A stretch of 63,396 nt of DNA, counting the filler, from Octopus bimaculoides (taxonomy: Eukaryota): assembly GCF_001194135.2 (NCBI RefSeq). It is 4 parts of 4 records of this genome, joined end to end, with 100 filler letters (N's around TTAATTAATTAA, not from the genome) between each part and the next. Parts side by side here need not be neighbours in the genome. Positions count along the whole stretch, not along the records: positions 45,064 to 63,396 come from NC_069008.1; 3 more parts are not named here. One strand, 5' to 3'. The position numbers were made by a program, and so were the translations under genes. The notes under the pieces are model-generated. The model was given only the letters and a program-made list of their open reading frames with translations, made no database searches and had not been told where the DNA came from. Positions 61,221 through 63,396 of this stretch are shown here, piece after piece (positions within the stretch are counted from its first letter, which is position 1; every line of letters starts with the position of its first letter).

Positions 61221-61534
61221 TATGAAGCCGGATAGTTATCTCCCTTGTAAATTAATTACAATTATCTCCCTTACCTCTAATAGTTATTTCGCTTTCACAT
61301 CATGACCACTATCCCACTTGTAAGTATAAAGGCCAGGTCTTTCGTTTAAGGTTACCTCCTTCCCTGTTATGTATACATGCACGTATATACATGGGAATAG
61401 TTAATCTGGACATATTTTTCTCTCTCCATCGGCGAACAGCCTTCCCGAGCAACAAACTAGCACATGTGCTTGTTCTTCCTCACCTGTCGTTGTCTATTTT
61501 CTTCTGCAAATTTAAACTATATATTACTCTTTTT

Positions 61535-61707
61535 TTTTTTTTACTTGTTTCAGTCATTTGACTGCGGCCATGCAGGAGCACCGCCTTTAGTCGAACAAAT
61601 CGACCCCAGGACTTATTCTTTGTAAGCCTAGTACTTATTCTATCGGTCTGTCTTTTGCCGAACCGCTAAGTTACGGTGACGTAAACATACCAGCATCGGT
61701 TGTCAAA
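61535..61707 (-). mobile_element. SINE family A, 3' half (little diverged)
   Basis: ttacttgtttcagtcatttgactgcggccatgc...gaaccgctaagttacgg...cagcatcggttgtcaa. Confidence 0.9.
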
Positions 61708-63171
61708 CAGGACAGTGGAAACGGATCTATTTCAAAACGGGGGCACCAGTATTTTCTTAACGAAACACTTTGAAATTTGGGACACTGGTAGAATGTGTCA
61801 TATAAAACATCTTTTACTCTTAGTCTTCTTAACAAAAAAACGTACATCGCAAGTTANNNNNNNNNNNNNNNNNNNNNNNNNNNNNNNNNNNNNNNNNNNN
61901 NNNNNNNNNNNNNNNNNNNNNNNNNNNNNNNNNNNNNNNNNNNNNNNNNNNNNNNNNNNNNNNNNNNNNNNNNNNNNNNNNNNNNNNNNNNNNNNNNNNN
62001 NNNNNNNNNNNNNNNNNNNNNNNNNNNNNNNNNNNNNNNNNNNNNNNNNNNNNNNNNNNNNNNNNNNNNNNNNNNNNNNNNNNNNNNNNNNNNNNNNNNN
62101 NNNNNNNNNNNNNNNNNNNNNNNNNNNNNNNNNNNNNNNNNNNNNNNNNNNNNNNNNNNNNNNNNNNNNNNNNNNNNNNNNNNNNNNNNNNNNNNNNNNN
62201 NNNNNNNNNNNNNNNNNNNNNNNNNNNNNNNNNNNNNNNNNNNNNNNNNNNNNNNNNNNNNNNNNNNNNNNNNNNNNNNNNNNNNNNNNNNNNNNNNNNN
62301 NNNNNNNNNNNNNNNNNNNNNNNNNNNNNNNNNNNNNNNNNNNNNNNNNNNNNNNNNNNNNNNNNNNNNNNNNNNNNNNNNNNNNNNNNNNNNNNNNNNN
62401 NNNNNNNNNNNNNNNNNNNNNNNNNNNNNNNNNNNNNNNNNNNNNNNNNNNNNNNNNNNNNNNNNNNNNNNNNNNNNNNNNNNNNNNNNNNNNNNNNNNN
62501 NNNNNNNNNNNNNNNNNNNNNNNNNNNNNNNNNNNNNNNNNNNNNNNNNNNNNNNNNNNNNNNNNNNNNNNNNNNNNNNNNNNNNNNNNNNNNNNNNNNN
62601 NNNNNNNNNNNNNNNNNNNNNNNNNNNNNNNNNNNNNNNNNNNNNNNNNNNNNNNNNNNNNNNNNNNNNNNNNNNNNNNCAGACATGAACTTAATTTCTC
62701 TTAATACATGTGTGCGCGCGCGCGCGCGTGTGTATGCATGTATGTATGTATGTATGTATGTATGTATGTATGTGTGTGTGTATGTATGTATGTATGTATG
62801 TATGTATACGTGCAGATTTGTATGTTTTGTTTTCCGTATGTATGTATGTGAGTGTGTGTATGTGTGTGTGTGTATGTATGTAAGCAGTGATTTTCGTGAC
62901 CGTGTCTTAAAATAAGATCGTGGAAGTGTCTCACACACACACACACACAAACACAGACACACACATATACAAATATAGACACACACACGCAGACATACAC
63001 ACACTCAAATAGCCACACACACACACACAGAGAAACATCGTCACACACCAAAACATGGAAACACAGGTAGGTAGACTTTACGAATACCTATGATTAGTAA
63101 ACATATGTGTCTGTGTTTCTGTTTTAGTGGGTCTATGTTTGTATATCTATCTATCTATCTATCTATCTATC

Positions 63172-63396
63172 TGGAGGCGCAATGGCCCAGTGGTTAGGGC
63201 AGCGGACTCGCGGTTTCGATTCCCAGACCAGGCCTTGTGAGTGTTTATTGAGCGAAAACACCTAAACCTCCACGTTAAAGTAGGACATACCAAATGTATG
63301 TGTCTGTTTGTCGCTCACCAGCGCTTTACAGCCAGGGTTGGTGTTTACTTTTCCGTAAAGCTGTTCGAGAGATCGATAGAACAAGTTCTCGACTTC
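63172..63396 (+). mobile_element. Family C head joined to a diverged family A-type 3' half (cut by the window end)
   Basis: tggaggcgcaatggcccagtgg...aacacctaaacctccacg, then tgtctgtttgtc...ggttggtgtttac...gatcgatagaacaag. Confidence 0.7.

Overview
AT-rich, gene-poor eukaryotic DNA from a gapped draft assembly: about 30 N-gaps make up roughly a fifth of the window, and most are flanked by microsatellites. The microsatellite density and the tRNA-derived SINE families suggest an octopus (coleoid cephalopod) genome, and the window looks intronic or intergenic; both are inferences. No host gene can be identified with confidence. Almost all ORFs in the supplied track are microsatellite or N-run artefacts, and only a few low-confidence candidate exons remain. 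The window contains at least five recurring SINE families (labelled A-E here), LINE relics (two RTE, one CR1/L2-like), a Penelope-like GIY-YIG endonuclease fragment, three Tc1/mariner transposase relics, several MITEs and foldback palindromes, and many microsatellites. The most notable signal is a set of minimal type I hammerhead-ribozyme-like motifs with loopless palindromic stem III (dimer type). One (29402-29447) sits inside a tRNA-headed SINE-like element and another (4542-4578) in a Penelope-like repeat end, suggesting a Pol III-driven, ribozyme-bearing non-autonomous retroelement system. All family names were assigned by eye, without database searches.
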